In this document: piece after piece, positions 18,135 through 28,036 of the stretch
Layout: every line of letters starts with the position of its first letter
How positions within the stretch are numbered: position 1 is the stretch's first letter
IMG/VR virus record: IMGVR_UViG_3300011560_000001
Coordinates: 160,001-224,000 of that record
Source: a virus
Lineage: Duplodnaviria; Caudoviricetes
Length of the DNA: 64,000 nt
Reading direction: 5' to 3' (one strand)
Program-made: the position numbers and the translations under genes
Notes under the pieces: generated by a model
Told to the model about the DNA's origin: nothing
Databases searched by the model: none
Seen by the model: only the letters and a program-made list of their open reading frames with translations

Positions 18135-18821
18135 ATGAAATCTTTATATTCGTTGGATTGTTTAAATTTCTTATCTCAGGAAACACGCGCTGAAGTAATT
18201 GAAAATATTCGGAAGAACGATCTTGCTCATCAAGAAGAACACGTGCTTGCTGTTGTCGAATTGGCAAATGAACTTGCCGATGTGGTTGGCATCATCAGAC
18301 CCACGGAACGTCGTCGTTTATTAACTGCCGCTTTTATGCATGATATCGCATGCCATGAAAACAGAACATACCACCACCTTATCGGAGGTGTTCGTGCGTC
18401 AGTTATCTTGCTTCGTAACGAGCAACATATTTTCACACCGGAGGACATCGAGGAGATACGCGTACTTATTGCTGAACACCGCGCCTCGTATTCCGGTCCA
18501 CGTAGTTCGGTTGCTTCTCAGGTGCTTCGTTTGGCGGATATGGGTCGTCTGGATAGTGAACGTTTTGGTATCCGTGCAGTCGAACATCGTTACGGTCAGA
18601 TGAGTAAAGAGTTCGCATTACAGGAAACCGCCGATTATCTTATTTCTAAATTTGCGCCTGACGGCTATGCTTGGATTACTTATCCGACGTTAGGTCAGCA
18701 GCTTTATATGAAAGAGATTGCGGTGATTAAATCGCTTTGTGCAAATCGGGATAAACTCATTGCTTATTTGGATGATGTTTATACGTATGTTGAAAAGAAA
18801 CATGGTGAAATCATGTGTTAA
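18135..18821 (+). CDS. HD-domain phosphohydrolase
   Basis: H..EHV..V, AAFMHDI, HH..G, EH, LAD motifs. Confidence 0.85.
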   Translation: MKSLYSLDCLNFLSQETRAEVIENIRKNDLAHQEEHVLAVVELANELADVVGIIRPTERRRLLTAAFMHDIACHENRTYHHLIGGVRASVILLRNEQHIFTPEDIEEIRVLIAEHRASYSGPRSSVASQVLRLADMGRLDSERFGIRAVEHRYGQMSKEFALQETADYLISKFAPDGYAWITYPTLGQQLYMKEIAVIKSLCANRDKLIAYLDDVYTYVEKKHGEIMC

Positions 18822-18843
18822 ACATGAAAGCGGAGAATGATGA

Positions 18844-19326
18844 ATGAGTATCGTTGATTTAACGTTGACAGAAGTTGGTGATGGTATTGAGGTTTCGATG
18901 AAAACCTCCGACGATCGCACCGTTGTTGCTAAACTGGAAGAAACCGTGTACGGCAATTACGTGGTGGGTGTTTCAGGGAAGGTGAGTATGTATCGCCTGG
19001 CTGGTATTTTAAGTGTCTTTGATGGAGGATTACTGCCGTCCGACCAACTCGAGCTCCAGAACAAATTGATCGACAATGACTTCTACACGGAAAACGTGAA
19101 AGTCTTTGGTTACAGCATGATGGGTGGTGTATTTAGCGCCGCAACGAACACGCTTAACTTCGGTACCCAACAACTGATTCAGTTCAGTATCGAAAAGGGT
19201 AAACTGAAAACGGCGTGGAAAGGTAGCGCTGCATTCACACCAACCGATCTTCTGCTTACTTCCGCAGAACAACATTTAAAAGCAAGTAAATCGGGTCGTG
19301 CATTTCTGGAGCAATTAAATCGATGA
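18844..19326 (+). CDS. Hypothetical protein
   Basis: GGAG RBS; operon context. Confidence 0.65.
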   Translation: MSIVDLTLTEVGDGIEVSMKTSDDRTVVAKLEETVYGNYVVGVSGKVSMYRLAGILSVFDGGLLPSDQLELQNKLIDNDFYTENVKVFGYSMMGGVFSAATNTLNFGTQQLIQFSIEKGKLKTAWKGSAAFTPTDLLLTSAEQHLKASKSGRAFLEQLNR

Positions 19327-19880
19327 CCTCACCCATCTTCTTTATATCGGATACCCATTTTGATAGCGAGCGTACATGGACGTATTCACGCCGTCCGTTC
19401 GCAAGCGTCGCCGATATGAACCAGCATATGCTGAAAGCCATCAACAATCTTCCAAAGAACAGTGTGTTATGGCATTTAGGTGATTGGGGTAAATTCGAGT
19501 TCGTGGAAGCCATTCGTTCTGATATCCAGGTTCAATTGGTAATGGGGAATTGGGACGAAGACGCATACAAAGCGACAGGATTAAGCTTCGAAGCGTGGCG
19601 TGATAAATTGCTCGGTATGGGGTTTGCTGCGGTTTATGAACACCCGCTGGTACTGCCGATTAGCAATGACGAATCCTACTGGCTATGCCATAAGCCCAGC
19701 GAAAGAAACCCAGGCTACTTCAATCTATTCGGGCACATTCATCGCTGTATGTTAGCGAAGGCCAACGGACTTAATGTAGGCGTTGACCAACATTTTTACG
19801 CACCGATTAGTTTAGACACCGTGCGTTTTTGGCGTAATGCAATAGAAAATCATTACGACGAAGAAGTATGGATGGAGTAA
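19323..19880 (+). CDS. Calcineurin-like metallophosphoesterase
   Basis: SDTHF, HLGD, GNWD (GNHD variant), CHKP, GHIH, NVGVD. Confidence 0.88.
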   Translation: MTSPIFFISDTHFDSERTWTYSRRPFASVADMNQHMLKAINNLPKNSVLWHLGDWGKFEFVEAIRSDIQVQLVMGNWDEDAYKATGLSFEAWRDKLLGMGFAAVYEHPLVLPISNDESYWLCHKPSERNPGYFNLFGHIHRCMLAKANGLNVGVDQHFYAPISLDTVRFWRNAIENHYDEEVWME

Positions 19881-19889
19881 TCATTAACC

Positions 19890-19917
19890 ACCCTCCCTTC
19901 GGGGAGGGTTTATGCCG
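19890..19917 (+). terminator. Hairpin + TTTATGCCG element
   Basis: ACCCTCCC-TTCG-GGGAGGGT then TTATGCCG. Confidence 0.75.
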
Positions 19918-19934
19918 CGTTACCGGTACCCGTT

Positions 19935-20222
19935 ATGGAGATAACGATGTCTCGATCGTCGACACAACCCGAACCCTGGAAACGATTTCTTAAGGAGCTT
20001 CATTATCATGTTGCAGCTCGACCAGGCTTGAGCGCACACCAAATGGAAATCGTCCTACGAGCACTAATCGAACGACACCCTCAAGTCACACGTATTAAAT
20101 CATTCATTGGATCTGGAGAGTTCTATGCTTGCAAAAACTATTTTAGCCATCGTGACCATTACATCTACTTCTATTATCGCACGGTTCCTTCGTCGATGAC
20201 CGGTCGCGGTGTGGAATTTTAA
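19935..20222 (+). CDS. Hypothetical protein
   Basis: ORF; GGAG RBS suggests a start at MSRSS. Confidence 0.55.
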   Translation: MEITMSRSSTQPEPWKRFLKELHYHVAARPGLSAHQMEIVLRALIERHPQVTRIKSFIGSGEFYACKNYFSHRDHYIYFYYRTVPSSMTGRGVEF

Positions 20223-20269
20223 CACGTAGCCATGGTAAAAATTAACGGTTTTTCGTGTTCGTATAGGAC

Positions 20270-20731
20270 ATGAAAACAAACAACAAAGGCGTTAAAATGA
20301 AGAATTCCATTGTTCGTCACGATTCGGATCGCGGGTTTTTTATCGACACAGATATCCTTCACGATATTTATTTCAATGATGATCGTGAATTAGCTGAGCT
20401 TGTAGATCAACGCTCGGAGACAATCGTCGCGGCTGGAGGAATATTTAAACCTCAGAGATGGGAGGGACTTGATGTTAGTATCCGTCCCATCATCAGCCGA
20501 GAAACGCCTTTTGAATTACTCTTTATTTTCTCACCCCGATCGTTACCTGATGAGCAACCGACAACGTTATCCTTAACGGCTGAAGTTGGTTATTGGTCGT
20601 ATCATATCGAACAAAACGGTTTGGTACGTGAGGGTACGCTCGAACCGTCGGAATTAAAAAAGTTTCTTGGTGCAGTCAAAGACCAAGAACGTAAACGTAA
20701 CCGTGCAATACGGAAACAAAACCGGAATTAA
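20270..20731 (+). CDS. Hypothetical protein
   Basis: 153 aa ORF with AGGA RBS. Confidence 0.6.
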   Translation: MKTNNKGVKMKNSIVRHDSDRGFFIDTDILHDIYFNDDRELAELVDQRSETIVAAGGIFKPQRWEGLDVSIRPIISRETPFELLFIFSPRSLPDEQPTTLSLTAEVGYWSYHIEQNGLVREGTLEPSELKKFLGAVKDQERKRNRAIRKQNRN

Positions 20732-20786
20732 TGTATTAGCAATCCTGACCACAGAAATCGGTCACTTTTAATAGGAATCGAAAAGA

Positions 20787-21308
20787 ATGAAAAAGTTGTT
20801 TCTTGCAGCCCTCTTTATTACGGCATCAGCACACGCTTGGGATTACAGCGAGCTGGAAACCGGACATGCTAAACTAGGCACGATGTATACCTGGTCATCG
20901 GCAGAAGTCAGTGCGCCAACCGCCTTGGAAGTTAACTGCTTGTCTACGGGAGGCGCGTGGGTAAAATTGGATACGGAAGATGAAGGTTATCAGGCACCCC
21001 TTCTTCGTGATTATCCAGGCATCGTTAAAATCACGATTGGAACAGCTGAAGGAATCAGTTATTTCAATGGAGAAACCGATCTTAACTTCTGGTCGACAGG
21101 CGGGCAGCAGCGTTTGGTGAACTTCGTTAATGAATTAAACCAAGCGTTGACCATTTCGGTGTTAACCGACGACGGTAAAACGTATCGCGTTCGTCCGATC
21201 GAGCCAGAGATGCGGATCGATGTCCGTAAATGTCCTGCGGGCGTACCAGCAATGGTCGATCCCAACACGCGCACTGTACGCACACCTGAAGAAATGAACG
21301 CACTTTAA
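20787..21308 (+). CDS. Exported/periplasmic protein
   Basis: Sec signal peptide MKKLFLAALFITASAHA|W. Confidence 0.7.
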   Translation: MKKLFLAALFITASAHAWDYSELETGHAKLGTMYTWSSAEVSAPTALEVNCLSTGGAWVKLDTEDEGYQAPLLRDYPGIVKITIGTAEGISYFNGETDLNFWSTGGQQRLVNFVNELNQALTISVLTDDGKTYRVRPIEPEMRIDVRKCPAGVPAMVDPNTRTVRTPEEMNAL

Positions 21309-21319
21309 CATGGAGGAAG

Positions 21320-21589
21320 GTGGATGGTACGCCCATCCACCTTCACGAGGCTATTATGGCGAAGAAACCAAAGAAACGTAATAAGAGATATAATCCGAAC
21401 AAACGTTCGAAGTTTAAGTTGGTTTACATGACGGACACTGAGTTCCAAGAAGCCAATCGACTTTATCGTCTTCAACGAGAAGCTTACCTCAACGAACACG
21501 GCCCTGAGGTTCTAACGGCTGCCGACGATGTTCCTAAAGAACAGTTTACCGATATACAGTTATTCTTATCAAAAGGAATTCAACAATGA
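21320..21589 (+). CDS. Small basic hypothetical protein
   Basis: Likely start MAKKPKKRNKRY after GAGG. Confidence 0.55.
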   Translation: MDGTPIHLHEAIMAKKPKKRNKRYNPNKRSKFKLVYMTDTEFQEANRLYRLQREAYLNEHGPEVLTAADDVPKEQFTDIQLFLSKGIQQ

Positions 21590-22542
21590 GAACACTTATT
21601 GATACCACATGCCCTCACTGCGGACACGATATTTCAATTGCAACAATTCGTTACGATATGTTTTCGGATATGCCGTTGCCGAACACGTGTTATGTTTGTA
21701 CTAGCTGTTTGAAAACAGTAGAAGTATCTGTTGATGATAATAGTGCAGAACGCCATATTTCGTTTGTCCCATCGGATGAAAAACACGAAGCGATCTGGTC
21801 GATTATTTTCTCTAATACGGCTCGCCCAGCCAATCCGTTCATTTCCGGTACATCGATGTCTGTTGACGTTGATCGTTTTATGTCCGAATTAACCTTGGGT
21901 ACCGTCGAACATATTAACGCGATCGCTGATCTTTATATCAGTCAGTCATTGAATCAGGGACATCTGTCGTCAAATGGTATTCTCTGTATCGAAGGAGACA
22001 ACTACGAAGAAGCGATGGCGCATTACCGCACGCATCTGACGATACCTGTGCGCTACATTAGCGATATTCAAGAAGCGGCACTTTTCGCAACCGATCTTGC
22101 CTGGTTATTTAATGCTGTCATCCACCAAGCAAATGACGGTACATTGTTGCAGAGAGTTGACGGTAAGATCGGCTGGTGCCATAGCGTGCGTAGTGCGGTT
22201 GTAATCGATTATTTATTACGTAATCGATGGATCGCCCAACTGTTTAATTACTGGTATCAATACGTTTTGGATTATGATGTTGAGCCTGTTCTTTACAGTG
22301 CTGATGGTAGCGTTTGGTTGTCGCATGAGTTTGTTAAAGGGTTGGATATTGACGAACCCCTGTTCCTATATCCAAAGGGTTATAGGGAATTAGCGTTCGA
22401 TGAAGCAATGGAATTGCTGAAACAGGACAACCCGGTTAACTACCATGAAGAGAACGCTCGTCGATTCAGTCCTGATCGTAAAGCAACGAATCTGTCCGCC
22501 AGCAACGCTTCGACGATTCCAGTAGATCGCGTATTACATTAA
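21586..22542 (+). CDS. Hypothetical protein with N-terminal Zn ribbon
   Basis: CPHCG...CTSC. Confidence 0.65.
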   Translation: MRTLIDTTCPHCGHDISIATIRYDMFSDMPLPNTCYVCTSCLKTVEVSVDDNSAERHISFVPSDEKHEAIWSIIFSNTARPANPFISGTSMSVDVDRFMSELTLGTVEHINAIADLYISQSLNQGHLSSNGILCIEGDNYEEAMAHYRTHLTIPVRYISDIQEAALFATDLAWLFNAVIHQANDGTLLQRVDGKIGWCHSVRSAVVIDYLLRNRWIAQLFNYWYQYVLDYDVEPVLYSADGSVWLSHEFVKGLDIDEPLFLYPKGYRELAFDEAMELLKQDNPVNYHEENARRFSPDRKATNLSASNASTIPVDRVLH

Positions 22543-22557
22543 CAAAGGAGCCCTGAT

Positions 22558-23400
22558 GTGAAAATCAGTTATCAGGAACAGGATCATCATTGTAAACACT
22601 GTGATAAAGATCTTAGTAAACCAATGCTTGCGGCATACGGTCAGCACGAACCAACGGTGGTCTGTGATGGTTGCGCAAGCCGCTACTCACTCGTGCGTGA
22701 AGGCGACGATGAGGGTATCCAACTTAAGCTACGCGATACACACGAGTATCGACTTCGTGTTGTTGCGGTACTGGCCCCACCGTACAAGAAAGGGGAACCC
22801 CGTAAAGCAGCATGGACGTTCGCGGAGTTTGATGTGGCGATTGATAAACCGATTACGAAAGGGCTTTCGCCGTTCAACGATATCGTTGAGTATAACAACA
22901 TCAAGAACGCGGTTGCTGATTTGCTTCCATTATCACCCCACAGTTGTGTCTATGGGGTTGGAACGTTACCGCAGGTGTGTTGTGTCTTACCACGAGAAAC
23001 GTATATATCGTTAGGTGCCCGACAACTGATTAAGTTCTTTGGGGTATACGACGATATGCTCAGTAAGATCGGTGAACTTCTGGTCACCATGTCGAAAATC
23101 AAAGACGTTAACCAGAAGAACAAAGATGTGCGTATTAGTCACGCGGTTTGTGCGCATTTGATGGCGGGGTCGATGTGGTTGGGTGATTACGCTAACACGA
23201 TTATCAGTCAGCTACCAATTTCGTACGAGGTTGTGTTTAAAGATGGTGTGTTCTACGGCGTGCGTCGTAAAGATACGACTTTCCAGCTGAAGAAAATCGT
23301 TCTCGACCTACCTATCGATCATCTTATCGCTAATGTTATTTCTGATCCCTCACGCGTTGTTGACATGATACGCGGAAAACTAAAAGGTAACACAGCATGA
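22558..23400 (+). CDS. Hypothetical protein with N-terminal Zn ribbon
   Basis: CKHC...CDGC; AAGGAG RBS with GTG start. Confidence 0.65.
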   Translation: MKISYQEQDHHCKHCDKDLSKPMLAAYGQHEPTVVCDGCASRYSLVREGDDEGIQLKLRDTHEYRLRVVAVLAPPYKKGEPRKAAWTFAEFDVAIDKPITKGLSPFNDIVEYNNIKNAVADLLPLSPHSCVYGVGTLPQVCCVLPRETYISLGARQLIKFFGVYDDMLSKIGELLVTMSKIKDVNQKNKDVRISHAVCAHLMAGSMWLGDYANTIISQLPISYEVVFKDGVFYGVRRKDTTFQLKKIVLDLPIDHLIANVISDPSRVVDMIRGKLKGNTA

Positions 23401-23699
23401 AACGACTGTCGGTAAGACAGGTATCGTTGTGTTACTACGGAATGGAGTACGATGCCTTAGCAGAATTGTTTCGTCAATATCTTGAAGATCATCGCCTCAC
23501 CAACGATGATCTCTTTTCTTATTCTTATTTGAATTACCCGATTAACATGATACGCTATTCGGAAGCTGAAGGCGAATACCTGGTGGTCGCTTCTATCATG
23601 CGTTATCTATTAATTGATCTGTACAAACGTCTGTACTTGCCGAAGAGATTGCGTATAAAAGAAACATTAAGGAGACTTCGTAGTGAGCGTTCTACGTGA
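23397..23699 (+). CDS. Hypothetical protein
   Basis: Translationally coupled ORF. Confidence 0.55.
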   Translation: MKRLSVRQVSLCYYGMEYDALAELFRQYLEDHRLTNDDLFSYSYLNYPINMIRYSEAEGEYLVVASIMRYLLIDLYKRLYLPKRLRIKETLRRLRSERST

Positions 23700-24279
23700 A
23701 GCGTTTAAGTTCGTTGCTGGAGAACAGACCGATGACGATATCCGTCAATTCATGGCGTATATCGCACCGTTGAGTCATGATGGGGTTCCGGGACATAATT
23801 TGTTCCTGCCGTTGCGAGGTGTTTCGACAACAGCCGCCTATGTCCGTCTGTTAACCGAGATGTTGCGGATTAGTGAGCATCCTGGTGGCACCAACCGTGT
23901 CAGCTTGAAAGGGCTTGCTGAGCAATTATCTTACATGCCTGTTATCCGTGAGAAACCATCATGGGCGGAAGAACGTCGTGCGTTAACCGTAATACGTAAT
24001 CTGGATTCTGATGCTTGGCGTGAGAACCTTGTCACGTATTTGCTGATCATCAAACGTCGTCAGAAACCAGCGAAGAGTCTGCTCATTATTGATGATAACG
24101 ACCCGAACGTCGATTTGGTTGAGATCACAAGGGCAATAAGTGCGTTGACCGGTGAATCAATCAATCCTAAACTTGAACCGTTGGCCGCAATCCGTCAGAT
24201 GGTCAGCATGCTGTCTGATAATACTGCGTTTGTCAATATTTGTAGTAATTACGATAAAGAAAAGGAGGGTATACGATGA
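23683..24279 (+). CDS. Hypothetical protein
   Basis: AAGGAG RBS with GTG start. Confidence 0.6.
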   Translation: MSVLREAFKFVAGEQTDDDIRQFMAYIAPLSHDGVPGHNLFLPLRGVSTTAAYVRLLTEMLRISEHPGGTNRVSLKGLAEQLSYMPVIREKPSWAEERRALTVIRNLDSDAWRENLVTYLLIIKRRQKPAKSLLIIDDNDPNVDLVEITRAISALTGESINPKLEPLAAIRQMVSMLSDNTAFVNICSNYDKEKEGIR

Positions 24280-24611
24280 TAGACAGTATCGAACTTAATG
24301 AAGAGCAACCATTATCGGCTGTACAACAACTTTTAGCGCAGTATGAGCTTGTTTGGTCGGAAGAGCGCGCGTCATGTGAAGAATGTCGCTATAACCACGT
24401 TGTTGCTGAGACCGTTTTTGGTTCTCTAACTATCGAGTGGAAAGGTTGGAAGGATTACACAAGCTACGACTGTGATTTACCTTTCCCAGTCAACGATGAG
24501 TTTCCGCACATCAATGCAGATAGTTTAGATGAAGCGAAAGCGAAAGTAAAAGCTTGGTACGACTACGTGATATTGACCGGACTCGGCCTGACAACAGATA
24601 AACCAGAATAA
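24276..24611 (+). CDS. Hypothetical phage protein
   Basis: GGAGG RBS; CRYNHV.AET.FG...IEWKGWK. Confidence 0.6.
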   Translation: MIDSIELNEEQPLSAVQQLLAQYELVWSEERASCEECRYNHVVAETVFGSLTIEWKGWKDYTSYDCDLPFPVNDEFPHINADSLDEAKAKVKAWYDYVILTGLGLTTDKPE

Positions 24612-24623
24612 CGAAAAGGTGTT

Positions 24624-25952
24624 ATGATGAGCAAACTACTGTTTAAAATTAACGGAAAAGAATACACAGCAACCCAGGCGATTATCGGTGCGCTGATACG
24701 TTTTACCGTGCATCGGCGTAATGGGTGGGCCTTTGATGTTGACGGCCCCACATTTCTTACATTACTGCAGTTCAATATCGCTACCCAGAAGAAATCGAAC
24801 GATGAATACGATACCGAATCGTTACGCGGTGTGTTGGATGGAATCTCTAACGCATCATACACGGAAATTTTGACCTACGTAAGTTCGTATGAAACAAGCG
24901 AACGCGGTTCGTACATATACGCACTGGAATACGTAGAAGAATTAGTACGACGACTGAAAAATAATCCGTATGATACGCGTAAAGAAATAATACAATTAAT
25001 AGTGTCCGATACTTTCGCTAGTCATGCGATCATAGCGGAACATCAACCTTATGTAATTGTACGTGCTTTCTTCGGAATCGATGCGGCGTTGGACGATCGC
25101 TCCAGACCGTACCGTTTAGTGATTTATACCGATGAACATCAGTTAAAACAATGGTTGGTAGACTGTGGTGTCAATTTGTGTGGAATGACGGCATCCGATT
25201 TTTTCAAAGACTTCTTTTCGTTATCGGAACATAATAGCGTTTCACTAATACTGAAGTCTATGGATGACGACGTTGATGTCGTCGAAATTAAAGCTGAATC
25301 GGATACCAGCAACCATTCGTTCGAGCCGTTAGCGGTAGAGAAGCCTGCATTTTGTTTAGATGTTGAAAACCTTAGTCTGGAAAAGAATGGAGTATTGCTG
25401 GAAATCGGTATCGTGTTCTTCGATCTGGCTAATCCGGATTCCATTGCTAACGGCCCACGTATAGATATCTTTCCTGACGTTCACGGTCAAATCGCTGACG
25501 GTGGTCGTATCAGTGAATCAACGGTAGAATGGTGGCAAACCAAAGCACCAAAGGAAGCGCGCGACTATTGTTTTCAACATTGTAAGGTAATGGGTTATAA
25601 AGAAGCTATTACTGAAGTAAATACGTTCGTCAACAGTATTCGTGACAAAATGACTGAATACTACGGTAAAGATACCTTCTATTATCTTGCTCGTGGTGAA
25701 ACAGATTGGCCTCAATTGGAGCATTGGTTCCGTAAGGCGGGATTTAAACCAATCTGCCGTTACAACCAGGTTCAGGATATCCGTTCGATGATTGCCGCGT
25801 ATCAGGACAAACCGGTATCCATCTTAGGCACCAAAGAGTATCCAGACATGGGTATTCCGTTGATCCGTCATACCGCTATCGGTGACGCGATCATGGATGC
25901 GTATGACGTTGCGAAGGCACGAAGCATGGCGGTGTCTAAGCTTCTGAAGTAA
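24624..25952 (+). CDS. DEDDh 3'-5' exonuclease (Exo VIII/RNase T-like C-terminal domain) with unknown N-terminal region
   Basis: LDVENL, LEIGIVFFD, TVEWW, D...L, DIRS, HTAIGDA. Confidence 0.8.
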   Translation: MMSKLLFKINGKEYTATQAIIGALIRFTVHRRNGWAFDVDGPTFLTLLQFNIATQKKSNDEYDTESLRGVLDGISNASYTEILTYVSSYETSERGSYIYALEYVEELVRRLKNNPYDTRKEIIQLIVSDTFASHAIIAEHQPYVIVRAFFGIDAALDDRSRPYRLVIYTDEHQLKQWLVDCGVNLCGMTASDFFKDFFSLSEHNSVSLILKSMDDDVDVVEIKAESDTSNHSFEPLAVEKPAFCLDVENLSLEKNGVLLEIGIVFFDLANPDSIANGPRIDIFPDVHGQIADGGRISESTVEWWQTKAPKEARDYCFQHCKVMGYKEAITEVNTFVNSIRDKMTEYYGKDTFYYLARGETDWPQLEHWFRKAGFKPICRYNQVQDIRSMIAAYQDKPVSILGTKEYPDMGIPLIRHTAIGDAIMDAYDVAKARSMAVSKLLK

Positions 25953-26003
25953 TAGCATCCTGCGCAATGAATATGACGATGATCGTTTATTAAAGGAAAG
26001 AAG

Positions 26004-26318
26004 ATGTCTGAAAAGCATATTGAGATTCTTGATGCAGCCATCGCTTCGAAAGATAGCGATAAGTTCATCAAAGCGGTATTTGCAGAACAACGTATTAACC
26101 CAGCAATGCTGAATAAGATTCGCGATGCGATTGCATTCCGTCTTACCAAGTCAGATGTTTCTGATGAGGATAAGACAACGATGCGTAAATTACGCGACGA
26201 TCTTAATGCATACATCGCTCGTGGTTGTACGGATAAAACCGTTCGTGAGGTTCTCGATTCTAACGTGAAATACGAATCCGACTTCAAGAAGAACGGTTCA
26301 ACACCGAAAACAGAATAA
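26004..26318 (+). CDS. Hypothetical protein
   Basis: AAGGA RBS. Confidence 0.6.
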   Translation: MSEKHIEILDAAIASKDSDKFIKAVFAEQRINPAMLNKIRDAIAFRLTKSDVSDEDKTTMRKLRDDLNAYIARGCTDKTVREVLDSNVKYESDFKKNGSTPKTE

Positions 26319-26325
26319 CAGCATA

Positions 26326-26368
26326 TCCCCTCCTCCAACCCAACAGGGAAGGAGGAGGGTTATGTTCG
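26326..26368 (+). terminator. Hairpin + TTATG element
   Basis: CCCTCCTCC...GGAGGAGGG then TTATGTTCG. Confidence 0.6.
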
Positions 26369-26381
26369 TATTGAGGTTAAC

Positions 26382-26681
26382 ATGCTCGATCGTGAACGAT
26401 TGAAGAAAACGACAAAGCTCCTCGATGCGTTCAGAACTGCGGGTGAATTCGAGAGCTTCACTAAGAACCGAGCTATTGTTCGGTTCCTTCTTTATTTGTG
26501 TTGCGTTGATTCGTCGGAGCGGGTTAGCCATAGTTGCCCTCTGCTCGACGAAAATCGTATTCCGTTATACAAAGCCGAAGAGTTATGTGAGTTCTTGATG
26601 AAATTCGGTGTTTTCTGCAACAGATATCGTGGTGATAGATCCGATGGGTATCTCGTCGAATTTAATGTCTTGTTTCAGTAA
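26382..26681 (+). CDS. Hypothetical protein
   Basis: GAGG RBS. Confidence 0.55.
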   Translation: MLDRERLKKTTKLLDAFRTAGEFESFTKNRAIVRFLLYLCCVDSSERVSHSCPLLDENRIPLYKAEELCEFLMKFGVFCNRYRGDRSDGYLVEFNVLFQ

Positions 26682-26755
26682 AACATTACCAAAATAGACT
26701 ATCTAATGCGGTGAAATTCCTCAATACTACTACTAGGACTACTAAGGAATAAAAC

Positions 26756-27289
26756 ATGAGTGTTATCGTAAAAGTAATGGGCAACTGCGATACTAGCGAT
26801 CGTAACAACGCGAAACCGTTTACGTTGCATGTGGTACCTGACCGTTTGACCACAATTGAATTCAACCGTGATTCGACGGGTAGACCGACACTGGAGTTCG
26901 TCGCTCATGGTGATAAGGATCAACGATTTATCGATTACCCAGGCGGTAACGTTTACGTGATGGACAACGGTAATACCATCGCAACGTACGCCTATTCCTG
27001 TGGTTTTGGGAAGGATGATGTTGACCGTATGTATGCAGACGCCCGTACTACGACGTATGGGAAAGTGCTGGATGCGAGCGGTGAACTTGACGATAACCTT
27101 ATTCGTGCGTTGTTGGAAATCCGTTTAATTGATCGTGATATAAAACAAACGCGTCACATCGAGTTTGTAAAATCAGACAATCCTAACTTTGTTAGTCATG
27201 TAAATCGTCTTTTACAAGAGTTGTTTACTGGTAATTTAACCGCATATTACGCCGGTGCGGCCGGTAAAATCATCGCGATCGTTAAGTAG
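26756..27289 (+). CDS. Hypothetical protein, paralogue of 27381..27929
   Basis: Shared N-terminal K.M...D..D.NNAKP.T, F.RD..G.P, P.GN.Y, TIA.Y.YS. Confidence 0.7.
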   Translation: MSVIVKVMGNCDTSDRNNAKPFTLHVVPDRLTTIEFNRDSTGRPTLEFVAHGDKDQRFIDYPGGNVYVMDNGNTIATYAYSCGFGKDDVDRMYADARTTTYGKVLDASGELDDNLIRALLEIRLIDRDIKQTRHIEFVKSDNPNFVSHVNRLLQELFTGNLTAYYAGAAGKIIAIVK

Positions 27290-27380
27290 TAATCCCTACG
27301 AGGGGGTGGGATAATACCCCCCCCCCTCAATTTGTTGTACTATCTATCATTTCTATTATCTATTATCAAGAGGTTCTATT

Positions 27381-27929
27381 ATGTCTATGTTCTTGAAAAT
27401 GATGAGTGGTTACGATCTCCCTGATGAGAACAATGCAAAGCCTTGTACGGTTCTACCGCTTTCGGATAAATGTAAAATTGATTTCGGTCGCGATGAGTAC
27501 GGCGCACCTGTTGTGACCGTCACCTATGAAGACGGAACAGTCGAGAGTTATCATCCCGAAGGGAATACTTACCTTACTGAAGATCGTCGTACGATCGCAG
27601 CTTATTCTTATTCTGAGTATGTGTCACCTGGTCGTCGTATGACGGTAGAGTCTGCGATGAAAGACCTTAAGTACTACGATGATTACATGCTGTTCGCAAC
27701 CAATAACCGGATCGTACATTTCCTATCCGTGTTAGCTGGCGTTCCTCGCGGATGTAGCATAACCCGTAAATGTCGTCTGTCTGTTGACGATCGTATCGGG
27801 GTATCAGTCATCGATAAACTTAGCGAGTTTATCGTGGATATGGGCTATTGCTTCGTTGGTTATACCACGACAAATCCGATGGACGATGAAGCTATTCATG
27901 TTCTCGAATTCGCTGTTCTTGTGAAATAA
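27381..27929 (+). CDS. Hypothetical protein, paralogue of 26756..27289
   Basis: Same shared N-terminal domain. Confidence 0.7.
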   Translation: MSMFLKMMSGYDLPDENNAKPCTVLPLSDKCKIDFGRDEYGAPVVTVTYEDGTVESYHPEGNTYLTEDRRTIAAYSYSEYVSPGRRMTVESAMKDLKYYDDYMLFATNNRIVHFLSVLAGVPRGCSITRKCRLSVDDRIGVSVIDKLSEFIVDMGYCFVGYTTTNPMDDEAIHVLEFAVLVK

Positions 27930-27940
27930 GCTGATTAATG

Positions 27941-27971
27941 AAGCCTCCCGTAATGGGAGGCTTTTATGCCG
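27941..27971 (+). terminator. Hairpin + TTTATGCCG element
   Basis: AAGCCTCCC-GTAAT-GGGAGGCTT then TTATGCCG. Confidence 0.75.
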
Positions 27972-28036
27972 TCTTACCCTATCTATCAAAACTAACGGAT
28001 TTTAAGAATTCTCTGAAGCCGGGAGAGGAGATTAAA

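Noticed and set aside
27316-27326. Homopolymer tracts (also 14281 T-run, 45479 A-run, 47415 G-run, 51863 T-run) as phase-variation switches
   Set aside because: All are intergenic and mostly part of hairpins or terminator tails; none disrupts a likely coding frame.
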